Shown piece after piece: positions 16,718-26,561 of a DNA stretch of 64,000 nt. Location of the stretch: assembly GCA_963558185.1 (NCBI GenBank), contig CAUWFE010000002.1, positions 24,460 to 88,459 of the forward strand, read 5' to 3'. The translations under genes were made by a program, and so were the position numbers. The notes below the pieces were generated by a model. The model worked only from the letters and a program-made list of their open reading frames with translations. It had not been told where the DNA came from and ran no database searches. Each line of letters begins with the position of its first letter. The stretch's first letter is position 1. This DNA is from an uncultured Clostridia bacterium. GTDB taxonomy: Bacteria > Bacillota > Clostridia > TANB77 > CAG-508.

Positions 16718-16788
16718 CTTTTTTGTGAATTGAAAAAGATCAATAATAAGTATATAATATAAAAGAAAAAAATAAATGCCGAAAAAAC

Positions 16789-16872
16789 AAAGAAAGATAT
16801 CTTTCTTTTACTTTGATATATATCAAAGTAAAAGAAAGATATCTTTCTTTTACTTTGATATATATCAAAGTA
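16789..16872. repeat. Perfect 42-bp tandem duplication, each unit made of two perfect palindromes (20 bp plus 22 bp)
   Basis: Palindrome A is AAAGAAAGATATCTTTCTTT (16789-16808 and 16831-16850). Palindrome B is TACTTTGATATATATCAAAGTA (16809-16830 and 16851-16872). As a result ABA (62 bp) and BAB (64 bp) are also perfect palindromes. Confidence 0.95.
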
Positions 16873-16899
16873 AATAATTTAATAGTTAGAGGAGATTAT

Positions 16900-18798
16900 A
16901 TGATGAAGGGGATAAAAAAAATAGGAAAATATAAAAGGTTATTATTGATGCTAATTGATATATGTATTATTATAGCAACTTATTTTTTAGTGCAATTTTT
17001 TGTTAGAGATACATTACAATTAAATTCAGAAGTATTTAATAAAATATTGTTTACAGCATTATTAGCTGTTGTTATATATGAATTTATGCTTAATATTTTT
17101 AAGTTATATAAAAATATTATTAGATATGAAAGTGGAAAAGACTATTTAGTATATATACTAGCATGTCTTATATCAAGTGCAATAGTTTCAACTATAATAT
17201 CTGTTGGCAATTTAAATTTATTACAAACAAAATACAATTTAGTAACATCATTATTAATTGCAATGGTATTAGTATCATATAGAATTATAGTGAGATTAAT
17301 AATAACATATGGAGTATTAGATTCAGATAAAAGAAAACTTCAAAAAAATAAAGAACCTAGAAAATTATTAATTATTGGGGCAGGTAGTGCAACAAATAAT
17401 ATTGTAAAATCAATAAAAGAGAATATGAAACATATTTATAACATAGTAGGAATAATAGATGATGATCCAGAAAAAATAGGTGGTATGATATCTGGAGTAC
17501 CTGTTTTAGGAGATAGAAATTCAATTATTGATATATGTAAACAAAAAGGTGTAGAAATAATATTCTTTTCAATTTCTAATATAAGTAGTGAAGATAGAAA
17601 AGAAATTATAGATTTATGTCAAGATACTAATGTAAAAGTAAGAATATTACCAAGTACAGAAGATATTATAAGAAATAAAAAATTATTAGAAAATTTAAGA
17701 GATGTAGAAATAGATGACATTTTAGGAAGAGATCCAATACATTTGGACAATGAGAATATTGCAGAATTAATAGAAGATAAAGTTATATTAGTTACTGGTG
17801 GTGGAGGATCAATAGGCTCTGAACTTTGTAGACAAATTGTAAAATATAACCCTAAACAATTAGTTATATTTGATATATATGAAAATAATTTATATGAAAT
17901 AGAAATGGAGCTAAAAAGAAATTATCCAAATATAAACGTAAAGGCAATAGTAGGAAGTGTTAGAGACTTTAACAAGGTGGAAAAAATATTTAGCACATAT
18001 AAACCATATTTAGTATTTCATGCAGCAGCACATAAACATGTACCACTTATGGAAGTTAGTCCTTTAGAGGCAATAAAAAATAATGTATTCGGAACATATA
18101 ATGTTGCTAATGCATGTGACTTATATAATGTAAAAAGATTTGTATTAATATCAACAGATAAAGCAGTTAATCCTACAAGCATAATGGGGGCAACTAAAAG
18201 AATTTGTGAAATGATAGTACAAACAAAAAATAAAACAAGTAATACAGAATTTGTAGCAGTAAGATTTGGAAATGTATTAGGAAGCAATGGCTCAGTAGTA
18301 CCTTTATTTAAAAAGCAAATTGCAAGTGGAGGGCCAGTAACAGTAACTCACAAAGAAATCACAAGATTTTTTATGACAATACCAGAGGCAGTGCAATTAG
18401 TATTACAAGCTATAACATATGCAAAAGGTGGAGAAATTTTTGTATTAGACATGGGAAAACCAGTTAAAATTTATGACTTAGCTGTAAGCTTAATTAAATT
18501 ATCTGGATTTGAACCAGATGTAGATATTCCAATAAAAATAACTGGATTAAGACCAGGAGAAAAACTATATGAAGAGTTATTAATGGCAGAAGAGGGGCTA
18601 GAAAAAACTCAGCATGATAAAATTTTTGTTGCAGAACCTTTGCAAATGAAAGAAAGTGAATTAGAAGAAAGATTAAATGTTTTAAGGGATATTATAAAAG
18701 ATGAAAATAATGATGTAACAGATGTAAAAAATGCTATGAAATATGTAGTTCCAACTTTTATAGATGCAGAAGAAGCAAATCTAATAAAAAAATATTAA
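16900..18798 (+). CDS. Polysaccharide biosynthesis protein CapD/PglF-type (membrane-bound UDP-HexNAc 4,6-dehydratase)
   Basis: N-terminal TM helices, Rossmann motif VTGGGGSIGSEL, and HAAAHKHVPLME. I place the start at ATG 16900 (RBS AGAGGAG). The track start at 16813 runs through the palindrome repeats. Confidence 0.85.
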   Translation: MMKGIKKIGKYKRLLLMLIDICIIIATYFLVQFFVRDTLQLNSEVFNKILFTALLAVVIYEFMLNIFKLYKNIIRYESGKDYLVYILACLISSAIVSTIISVGNLNLLQTKYNLVTSLLIAMVLVSYRIIVRLIITYGVLDSDKRKLQKNKEPRKLLIIGAGSATNNIVKSIKENMKHIYNIVGIIDDDPEKIGGMISGVPVLGDRNSIIDICKQKGVEIIFFSISNISSEDRKEIIDLCQDTNVKVRILPSTEDIIRNKKLLENLRDVEIDDILGRDPIHLDNENIAELIEDKVILVTGGGGSIGSELCRQIVKYNPKQLVIFDIYENNLYEIEMELKRNYPNINVKAIVGSVRDFNKVEKIFSTYKPYLVFHAAAHKHVPLMEVSPLEAIKNNVFGTYNVANACDLYNVKRFVLISTDKAVNPTSIMGATKRICEMIVQTKNKTSNTEFVAVRFGNVLGSNGSVVPLFKKQIASGGPVTVTHKEITRFFMTIPEAVQLVLQAITYAKGGEIFVLDMGKPVKIYDLAVSLIKLSGFEPDVDIPIKITGLRPGEKLYEELLMAEEGLEKTQHDKIFVAEPLQMKESELEERLNVLRDIIKDENNDVTDVKNAMKYVVPTFIDAEEANLIKKY

Positions 18799-18813
18799 AA
18801 TGAGGCGAAGAAA

Positions 18814-19428
18814 TTGAAAAAAGTATATTTATGTGTAAAAAGATTTTTAGATATTATATTTTCTATTATACTTTTAATAGTATTATCTCCAATATTACTT
18901 ATAGTAAGTATAGCAATAAAAATAGATTCAAAAGGTCCAGTTATATTTAAGCAAGAAAGAATTGGAAAAGATGGAAAAGTATTCAAAATATATAAATTTA
19001 GATCTATGGTAGTAGGAGCTGAAAAAATTGGTACTGGAGTATATTCAGAAAAAAAGGATAGCAGAGTAACAAGAGTAGGGAAGATAATAAGAGCAACAAG
19101 TATAGATGAACTACCACAATTAGTTAACATATTAAAAGGGGAAATGAGTTTTATTGGTCCAAGACCAGTTTTAACTTATCACCCTTGGAAGTATGAAGAA
19201 TATTCTGAAGAACAAAAGAAACGTTTTTTGTTAAGACCAGGAATCACAGGACTTGCACAAATAAATGGTAGAAAACAAGTAGACTGGGAAAAAAGAATTA
19301 AATATGATGTAGAATATGTAGAAAAGGTAAGTTTTATTACAGATGTAAAAATATTTTTTATAACAGTATATAAAGTTATATTTATGAAAGACAATTCTAA
19401 CACAACAGAAACAGTAAAAAATAAATAA
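18814..19428 (+). CDS. Undecaprenyl-phosphate sugar phosphotransferase (small PglC/WbaP-C type)
   Basis: Bacterial sugar transferase motifs: DELPQL, GPRP, RPGITGLAQINGR. TTG start. Confidence 0.85.
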   Translation: MKKVYLCVKRFLDIIFSIILLIVLSPILLIVSIAIKIDSKGPVIFKQERIGKDGKVFKIYKFRSMVVGAEKIGTGVYSEKKDSRVTRVGKIIRATSIDELPQLVNILKGEMSFIGPRPVLTYHPWKYEEYSEEQKKRFLLRPGITGLAQINGRKQVDWEKRIKYDVEYVEKVSFITDVKIFFITVYKVIFMKDNSNTTETVKNK

Positions 19429-19441
19429 AGGGATGATAAAA

Positions 19442-20254
19442 ATGTTAAAACTAATGTACATAACAAATGACACAGAAGTTGCCAAAATTGCTGAAAATGA
19501 AGGTGTAGACAGAATTTGGATAGACCTAGAAGTAAATGGAAAAGAAGAACGACAAAAAAATATGGACACAGTTAAATCAAAACATAGTATAAATGATGTA
19601 GGTAAAATTAAAAAAGTATTAACAACCGCAGATTTAATAGTAAGAGTAAATCCTATATATGAAGGTTCTAAAGAAGAAATAGATAGTGTAATAAATCAAG
19701 GTGCTGATATTGTTATGCTTCCATTTTTTAAAACTGCAAAAGAAGTACAAACTTTTATTGAGTTAGTCAATAAAAGAGCTAAAGTTTGCTTATTATGCGA
19801 AACACCAGAAGCAGTTGAAAATTTAGATGAAATATTAGAAATTCCAGGAATAGACGAAATACATATAGGTTTAAATGACCTACATTTAGGCTATCACAAA
19901 GATTTTATGTTTGAGCTATTAACAGATGGAACAGTGGAAAAAATATGTAAGAAAATTAAAGAAAAGGGTATACCATATGGATTTGGTGGAATTGCAAGAG
20001 TAGGAACAGGTACATTACCAGCAGAACATATTATAATAGAACATTATAGATTAGGTTCACAAATAGCAATTTTATCAAGAAGCTTTTGCAATACAAATAT
20101 AATTACAGATAAAAAACAAATACAAGAATTATTTAAAACAGGAGTACAAGATATAAGGAACATAGAATCAGAAGCAATTAATTATAATAAAAAACAATAC
20201 GATGAAAACTTTAATAAGATAATGAATGAAGTAAAAACAATTGTAAAAAAATAA
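19442..20254 (+). CDS. HpcH/HpaI aldolase / citrate-lyase-beta family protein
   Basis: VRVNP...GADIVMLPFFKTAKEV...CETPEAVENLDEILEIPGIDEIHIGLNDL fits the HpcH/HpaI TIM-barrel pattern. ATG 19433 is an alternative start. Confidence 0.6.
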   Translation: MLKLMYITNDTEVAKIAENEGVDRIWIDLEVNGKEERQKNMDTVKSKHSINDVGKIKKVLTTADLIVRVNPIYEGSKEEIDSVINQGADIVMLPFFKTAKEVQTFIELVNKRAKVCLLCETPEAVENLDEILEIPGIDEIHIGLNDLHLGYHKDFMFELLTDGTVEKICKKIKEKGIPYGFGGIARVGTGTLPAEHIIIEHYRLGSQIAILSRSFCNTNIITDKKQIQELFKTGVQDIRNIESEAINYNKKQYDENFNKIMNEVKTIVKK

Positions 20255-20270
20255 GAGGAGATATTAAATA

Positions 20271-21233
20271 ATGATTTTTTATATAACTGTGCTTAGAGCT
20301 ATTGCAGCTATATTAATTACAAATGCTCATTATACAAACATATATCCTATAGAAATTATTGCTAATGGAGGACTATTAGGAGATGTAATATTTTTTGCAG
20401 TTTCTGGTTTTTGTTTATATAATATAAAAGAAAATTTTATAAAATGGTATTCAAAAAGAATTATTAGAATATATCCAGCAGTTTGGATAATAACAACTAT
20501 TTTTTTAGCATTAGGTTTATATACATTAGATGAAATGAATATTTTTCAATTTATGATATATCCAACATATTATCATTTTATTGCATCTATTATAATTCTA
20601 TATATTTTCTATTATATTATAATAAAATGTAAAGTTTTAAATGATAATATCCCTAAAATTATGATAGGAATTTTTGCTATACAATTATTAGTTTATATTT
20701 TTATATATGATAAAAGCTATTATCATATTGATGTAGTAAGAGAACCAATGATTCGATTTTTATTCTTAGAATCTATGTTATTAGGTGCTTTATTTAGAAA
20801 GAGAATATATGATAATAAGAAAAATAATAATAAAATGCTAAATTGGATTATGCTAGTAATATTAATTGTCTTATATTTTGCGAGTAAATTGTGTTTTGCT
20901 AAAAATATTTTAGTACAATATCAAATAATAAATCAAATTATATTATTTGCCTTATTATATTTTATTTTTAGAGTATTTGAAGGTATAGATAGTAAATTAG
21001 AAAAATTACCAACAAAAATAAAAAATGTAATAACATTTATTGCACAAATAACATTAGAAATATATTTAGTACAATATAAAATTATACCATTATTTAGAGA
21101 TTTAATATTTCCAATTAATTGGTTTGTTATTACGGCAATGATTATTGTATCAGCATATTTACTGCATATAGTAACAAATATAATTGTAAAATTTATTAGT
21201 AAAGCGTTAGGAGAAAAGGTATGGAAACATTGA
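20271..21233 (+). CDS. Acyltransferase family 3 (membrane O-acyltransferase)
   Basis: A polytopic membrane protein of about 10 TM helices, with size and context typical of polysaccharide O-acetyltransferases. Confidence 0.6.
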   Translation: MIFYITVLRAIAAILITNAHYTNIYPIEIIANGGLLGDVIFFAVSGFCLYNIKENFIKWYSKRIIRIYPAVWIITTIFLALGLYTLDEMNIFQFMIYPTYYHFIASIIILYIFYYIIIKCKVLNDNIPKIMIGIFAIQLLVYIFIYDKSYYHIDVVREPMIRFLFLESMLLGALFRKRIYDNKKNNNKMLNWIMLVILIVLYFASKLCFAKNILVQYQIINQIILFALLYFIFRVFEGIDSKLEKLPTKIKNVITFIAQITLEIYLVQYKIIPLFRDLIFPINWFVITAMIIVSAYLLHIVTNIIVKFISKALGEKVWKH

Positions 21234-22129
21234 TAACAGGTGCTTTTAAATATACAAGTGAACAATTAAAAGAGTTAGAAGAATTAGGTCTAAAAATAAC
21301 TTTTTTACAAAATGAATGCCAAAAAATTGATTTTGACGTGTCTAAAATAGAAATAGTTATAGGTAATTCAATTTTTATGTATAATGACATTACAGAATTT
21401 AAAAATTTAAAATATATACAATTAACAAGTGCTGGTTTAGATAGAGTACCATTAGAATATATAAAAGAAAATAATATTATACTAAATAATGCCAGAGGAG
21501 TATATAGTATACCCATGGCAGAGTGGACAATCTTAAAAATTTTGGAAATATATAAATGTACTAAAAAATTTTATAAAAAACAAGAAGAGCATAAATGGGA
21601 AAAAGAAAGAAATTTACTAGAATTATATGGTAAAACTGCAACCATATTAGGTTTTGGAAATATAGCACAAGAAATTGCAAAAAGACTACAAGCTTTTGGA
21701 GTTAAAATAAATGCGGTAGACATTTCAAAAAAAGAATCAAAATATGCAGATAATTATTATCAAATTACAGAACTAGAAGAAGTATTACCAGAAAGCGACA
21801 TTGTAATTATAACACTACCATTAGCAGAAAATACAAAAAATATGATAGACAAAAATATAATGAATAAAATGAAAGAAAATGCTATTTTAGTAAATGTTTC
21901 AAGAGGTGGAATTATAAAAGAAAAAGACTTAATAGAAGAAATAAAAAATGGTAAATTTTTAGGTGTTATATTAGATGTATTTGAAAAAGAACCATTACAA
22001 GAAAATAATCCTATATGGAATTTTGAGAATGTAATTGTAACTCCACATAATAGTTTTGTATCAGAAGGAAATAACAAAAGGATGTATGAATTAATATTAA
22101 AAAATATTAGACAATATATAATTAAATAA
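21221..22129 (+). CDS. D-isomer-specific 2-hydroxyacid dehydrogenase family, NAD-binding
   Basis: GFGNIAQEIAKRL (GxGxxG), VSRGGII (Arg), LDVFEKEP (Glu), TPHNS (His). Confidence 0.8.
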   Translation: METLITGAFKYTSEQLKELEELGLKITFLQNECQKIDFDVSKIEIVIGNSIFMYNDITEFKNLKYIQLTSAGLDRVPLEYIKENNIILNNARGVYSIPMAEWTILKILEIYKCTKKFYKKQEEHKWEKERNLLELYGKTATILGFGNIAQEIAKRLQAFGVKINAVDISKKESKYADNYYQITELEEVLPESDIVIITLPLAENTKNMIDKNIMNKMKENAILVNVSRGGIIKEKDLIEEIKNGKFLGVILDVFEKEPLQENNPIWNFENVIVTPHNSFVSEGNNKRMYELILKNIRQYIIK

Positions 22130-22155
22130 TAAATGATAATAGTTAGGAGAATGTT

Positions 22156-23283
22156 ATGAAAAAAGTGTTATTAGTTGCTACGGTGCAAAGTCATATTTGT
22201 CAATTTCATTTACCATTAATTGATATGCTACATGAAGAGGGATATGAAGTTCATGTTGCAGCAAAAAATAATTTATCACAAAAAAAGGGGTTGAAATTAG
22301 ATAATGCAGATAAAGTTTTTGATGTATCTTTTGAAAGATCACCTTTTAATAAAAAAAATATACAAGCATATAAAGAATTGAAAAAAATAATAAAAGATAA
22401 CAAATATGATATTATACATTGTAATACTCCTATGGGAGGATTTTTAGCTAGAGTAATAGGAAAAAAATATAGAAAAAAGGGAATGAAAATAATATATACA
22501 GCACATGGTTTCCATTTTTTCAAAGGAGCACCTAAATTAAATTGGATATTATATTATCCTATAGAAAAATACCTATCAAAGTATACAGATTGTTTAATTA
22601 CAATGAATATTGAAGACTATGAAATTGCCAAAAATAAATTTCATGCAACAAAAACAGTATATACTCATGGAATAGGACTTAACACAAAAAAATTTGAAAT
22701 AATAATGACAGAAGAAGAAAAAAATGAGTTAAGACAAAATTTGGGGTTAAAGCAAAATGATTTTGTTATGATTTATGTTGCAGAATTAACTCCAAGAAAA
22801 AACCATTATATGATATTGAATACAATGAAAGAACTAAAAAAGAAAAAGAATATAAAAATATTGCTAGTAGGAAATGGACCTTTGGAAAATGAATATAAAA
22901 AATACATAGAAGAAAATAATTTAGAAGAGAGTGTAAAAATGCTTGGTTATAGAATAGATATTCCAAGATTAATGAAAATATCTAATATAGCCATATCAAC
23001 TTCTAGGCAAGAAGGATTACCAGTAAATGTAATGGAAGCAATGAAATCAGGATTACCAGATATTGTTACAAATTGCAGGGGGAACAGAGATTTAATTGAA
23101 AATGGTAAAAACGGATATGTTATAGAAAACAATGATAAAAAGAAATTACAAGAAAGAATACTAGAACTATATAACAATTCAAGCCTAGTTAAAAATATGG
23201 GAAAAGAAGGAATAACAATGGTTAAGCCATTTGAAATAGAAAATGTAATAGAAGAATTAAGAAAAATTTACGAAAACATATAA
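22156..23283 (+). CDS. Glycosyltransferase family 4 (GT-B)
   Basis: C-terminal E-x7-E region: RQEGLPVNVMEAMKSGLP. Confidence 0.8.
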   Translation: MKKVLLVATVQSHICQFHLPLIDMLHEEGYEVHVAAKNNLSQKKGLKLDNADKVFDVSFERSPFNKKNIQAYKELKKIIKDNKYDIIHCNTPMGGFLARVIGKKYRKKGMKIIYTAHGFHFFKGAPKLNWILYYPIEKYLSKYTDCLITMNIEDYEIAKNKFHATKTVYTHGIGLNTKKFEIIMTEEEKNELRQNLGLKQNDFVMIYVAELTPRKNHYMILNTMKELKKKKNIKILLVGNGPLENEYKKYIEENNLEESVKMLGYRIDIPRLMKISNIAISTSRQEGLPVNVMEAMKSGLPDIVTNCRGNRDLIENGKNGYVIENNDKKKLQERILELYNNSSLVKNMGKEGITMVKPFEIENVIEELRKIYENI

Positions 23284-23304
23284 AAATATGAAAAGGAAGA
23301 TAAT

Positions 23305-24408
23305 ATGAAGAGAATATTACAAGTAGTAAGAAGAATGAATTATGGTGGATTAGAAACATTAATCATGAATTTATATAGAAATATGGATAGAACAGAGTTT
23401 CAGTTTGATTTTATAGTAGATAAAGAAGGTGAATATGATGCTGAAATAAAAAAAATGGGTGGCAAAATATTTTATATACCATACATCACAGATATTGGAG
23501 AAAAAGAATATGAAAAAAAACTTAGAGATTTTTTCAGAAATCACAGAGAATATAAAATAGTACATTCTCATTTAGATCAAGTATCAGGTATTATCATGAA
23601 AGCAGCATATTTAGAGCAAGTACCAATAAGAATTTCACATAGCCATAATACAAGTAATTCTAATAATTTTTTAGGAAAGATTTATAAGGCATATTTGCAA
23701 TCAATGATAGGAAAATATGCAAATACATTATTTGCATGTAGTGAAAATGCAGCTAAATGGTTATTTAAAAAAAGACATAAAGAAGCATATATTGTAAACA
23801 ATGGAATAGAAATACAAAAGTTTAAATTTTCTGATGAAAATAGACAAGAAATAAGAAAAAGCTTAGATATTAAAGATGATGAAGAGATATGGGGACATAT
23901 AGGAAGATTTTCAAAACAAAAAAATCATACTTTTTTAATTGATATTTTTTATGAATATCAAAAAATATATCCAAATACAAAATTGCTACTAATTGGTGCA
24001 GGGGAACTTAAAACAAAAATAGAGAAAAAAGTAAAACAATTAGGGATTAACAAAAAAGTTAAATTTATAGGAACTGTGGAAAATCCAGAAAAGTATTATT
24101 CAGCATTTGATTTAATGATTTTTCCTTCATTATATGAAGGACTAAGCTTAGTTATGGTAGAAGCACAAGTGGCTGGTGTTCCTATATTTGCATCGTCAAA
24201 CATAGACCATGTAACAGATATAACAAATACATTACATTACTTAAGTTTAGGTATTACTGCAAGAGAATGGGCAATGCATATAATAGAAAATAAAGATAAA
24301 AGAAATGTAAGAAATATTAATAAAGTAAAACAAAAAGGGTTTGATATAAAGGATGTAGCAAAAGAACTGTCATACAAATATAGTAATTTATTAGAAGGGA
24401 ATAAATAA
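23305..24408 (+). CDS. Glycosyltransferase family 4 (GT-B)
   Basis: YEGLSLVMVEAQVAGVP. The N-terminal GGLET pattern is also present. Confidence 0.8.
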   Translation: MKRILQVVRRMNYGGLETLIMNLYRNMDRTEFQFDFIVDKEGEYDAEIKKMGGKIFYIPYITDIGEKEYEKKLRDFFRNHREYKIVHSHLDQVSGIIMKAAYLEQVPIRISHSHNTSNSNNFLGKIYKAYLQSMIGKYANTLFACSENAAKWLFKKRHKEAYIVNNGIEIQKFKFSDENRQEIRKSLDIKDDEEIWGHIGRFSKQKNHTFLIDIFYEYQKIYPNTKLLLIGAGELKTKIEKKVKQLGINKKVKFIGTVENPEKYYSAFDLMIFPSLYEGLSLVMVEAQVAGVPIFASSNIDHVTDITNTLHYLSLGITAREWAMHIIENKDKRNVRNINKVKQKGFDIKDVAKELSYKYSNLLEGNK

Positions 24409-24410
24409 GA

Positions 24411-25496
24411 GTGAGTGAAAAGAAAAAAATATTACATATAGTTGGAACTATGCAAATGGGTGGTCAAGAGACTTTTATTATGAATATATTTAGAAATATA
24501 GATAGAGAAAAATATGAATTTGGTTTTGTAGTTCATTCAGATGAAAAAGCTTATTACGAGGACGAGATAGAAAAATTAGGAGGAAAAATATATAGGATCA
24601 AATCTATATCTAAAAATCCAATAAAACATGCCATGCAGTTAAGAAAAATAATAAAGCAAAATAATTATGAAATAATGCATAGACATACAAATACTTCAAT
24701 TGTATTTATAGACTTATTAATAGGAAGATTATGTAGGATGAAAAAAGTAATAGTACATTCACATAGTAATGTTAGTAGTAAATTTAAAACAATTCATAAA
24801 ATATTTAGACCATTGCTAAATATTTTTGCAACAGAAAAATTAGCATGTAGTAAAGAAGCAGGATACTGGTTATATGGTAAAAGACAAAAGTTCATTATTG
24901 TACCAAATTCAATTGATATAGATAAATTTAAGTATAACGAAGAAAAAAGGATGTTAATAAGAAAAGAAAATAATTGTCTAAATAAAAAAGTATTAGGACA
25001 TATAGGAAGATTTGATAAAATTAAAAATCAGACATTTTTAGTAGATATATTTGAAAAAATAGCAGAAAAAAATAAAAATGTAGAATTATGGTTTTTAGGT
25101 AATGGAGAAGAAAAAGAAAATATTGAAAAAAAATGTAAAGAAAAAAATATAATAGATAGTGTAAAATTTTTTGGAACAGTAAAAGATACATATAATTTCT
25201 TACAAGGGATGGATTTATTTGTATTTCCATCTATAAAAGAAGGATTAGGAATAGCTTTAATTGAAGCACAAGTAGCAGGTTTAACTTGTGTGGTAAGTGA
25301 TACAATTCAAAAAGAAGCCATCATATCTAAAAACGTGATTCAACTTTCAATAGAAACTAAACCTGAAAAATGGGCAGAAATAATATTAGAACAAATAGAA
25401 AAATCAAAAAATACGAAAAGAGAAATAGAAAAAGTAGTTTTCAAGAAATATGACATAAAAGAATTAGTATCTAAAATAGAAGAAATATACTATTAG
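24411..25496 (+). CDS. Glycosyltransferase family 4 (GT-B), paralogous to the previous gene
   Basis: KEGLGIALIEAQVAGLT. The N-terminus (MQMGGQETFIMNIFRNIDREKYEF) parallels that of the preceding protein. GTG start. Confidence 0.8.
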   Translation: MSEKKKILHIVGTMQMGGQETFIMNIFRNIDREKYEFGFVVHSDEKAYYEDEIEKLGGKIYRIKSISKNPIKHAMQLRKIIKQNNYEIMHRHTNTSIVFIDLLIGRLCRMKKVIVHSHSNVSSKFKTIHKIFRPLLNIFATEKLACSKEAGYWLYGKRQKFIIVPNSIDIDKFKYNEEKRMLIRKENNCLNKKVLGHIGRFDKIKNQTFLVDIFEKIAEKNKNVELWFLGNGEEKENIEKKCKEKNIIDSVKFFGTVKDTYNFLQGMDLFVFPSIKEGLGIALIEAQVAGLTCVVSDTIQKEAIISKNVIQLSIETKPEKWAEIILEQIEKSKNTKREIEKVVFKKYDIKELVSKIEEIYY

Positions 25497-25511
25497 CAAA
25501 GGAAAAAGAAT

Positions 25512-26561
25512 ATGAATTATTATGTTGTGAATTTATTAATTGTAATAGGTATATATACTATGTGTTGCTTAGCAATAAAAGAAAAGCAAAAGAGAGGAAA
25601 AGTATTTTTAATTTTATCAATGCTTCAGTTGTTTTTCATGTTAGCACTTAGAAAAGAAAATGTTGGAATAGACCTGCAAAATTATATTCCATTTTTAAAT
25701 AGAGTTATAAACTTTACTAATGCAGAACTTTTTACAATTGGATTTGAAAGTGGATATAATATTTATTGCAAATTTATTATGCAAATATTCAACAATGAAC
25801 AGATATTTCTAGCTATTACAGCAGGTATATCTTTAATTGGAGTATATTTTTTTATAAAAAATAATTCAAATAATTATTTTTTTAGCATGATTATATACAT
25901 TACTTTTCAATTTTATATTTTTCTGTTTTCTGGGCTAAGACAATCCATTGCACTTTCAATTATTTTATTAAGCATTAAATATATAAAAGAAAGAAAAGTA
26001 TACAAATTTATAGCAATGATATTATTAGCAAGTTTATTTCATAAATCAGCGTTTATATTTTTGCCAGCCTATTTTATAGCATATAAAAAAATAACAGTAA
26101 AGTATTTAGCTGCTATAGCGGGAGCAGGAGGTATAATATTTATATTAAAAAATAAAATAATGATGATTATAACTAGATTTTTGTATACAAATTATGAATC
26201 ATTAGAAAACCAAGGAGAAGGCTTTGGATATTTGGTTTTACTAGTTTTAATATTATTACTTGCATTATATTTTATAAAAGCTATGCTAAAGAAAAATAAA
26301 GATAATATAATTTGGTATAATTTGTTAATAGTAGCTATTATAATACAACTGTTAGCTAGTATGGAAGGAAATGTAGCAAGACTAACAATGTACTATTCAA
26401 TAAGTATTATTGTAATGATTCCGAATATATTAGAGATAATTAAACCAAAAGAATTATCATATGTAGGAAAAATAATATTAGGAGTTTGTTTATGTGTATT
26501 TTTTTATAAAACGATGCAAAATCCAATTTTATATATGCCATATCTATTCTTTTGGCAATAA
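25512..26561 (+). CDS. EpsG-family / Wzy-like polysaccharide polymerase
   Basis: A polytopic membrane protein of about 350 aa, with size and position typical of EpsG/Wzy. Confidence 0.55.
   Translation: MNYYVVNLLIVIGIYTMCCLAIKEKQKRGKVFLILSMLQLFFMLALRKENVGIDLQNYIPFLNRVINFTNAELFTIGFESGYNIYCKFIMQIFNNEQIFLAITAGISLIGVYFFIKNNSNNYFFSMIIYITFQFYIFLFSGLRQSIALSIILLSIKYIKERKVYKFIAMILLASLFHKSAFIFLPAYFIAYKKITVKYLAAIAGAGGIIFILKNKIMMIITRFLYTNYESLENQGEGFGYLVLLVLILLLALYFIKAMLKKNKDNIIWYNLLIVAIIIQLLASMEGNVARLTMYYSISIIVMIPNILEIIKPKELSYVGKIILGVCLCVFFYKTMQNPILYMPYLFFWQ

Noticed and set aside
16813-16899. N-terminal extension of the CapD-like ORF given in the track.
   Set aside because: The extension is a translation of the palindromic tandem repeat (MIYIKVKERYLSFTLIYIKV...). 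The true start at 16900 has a good RBS and the normal protein N-terminus.
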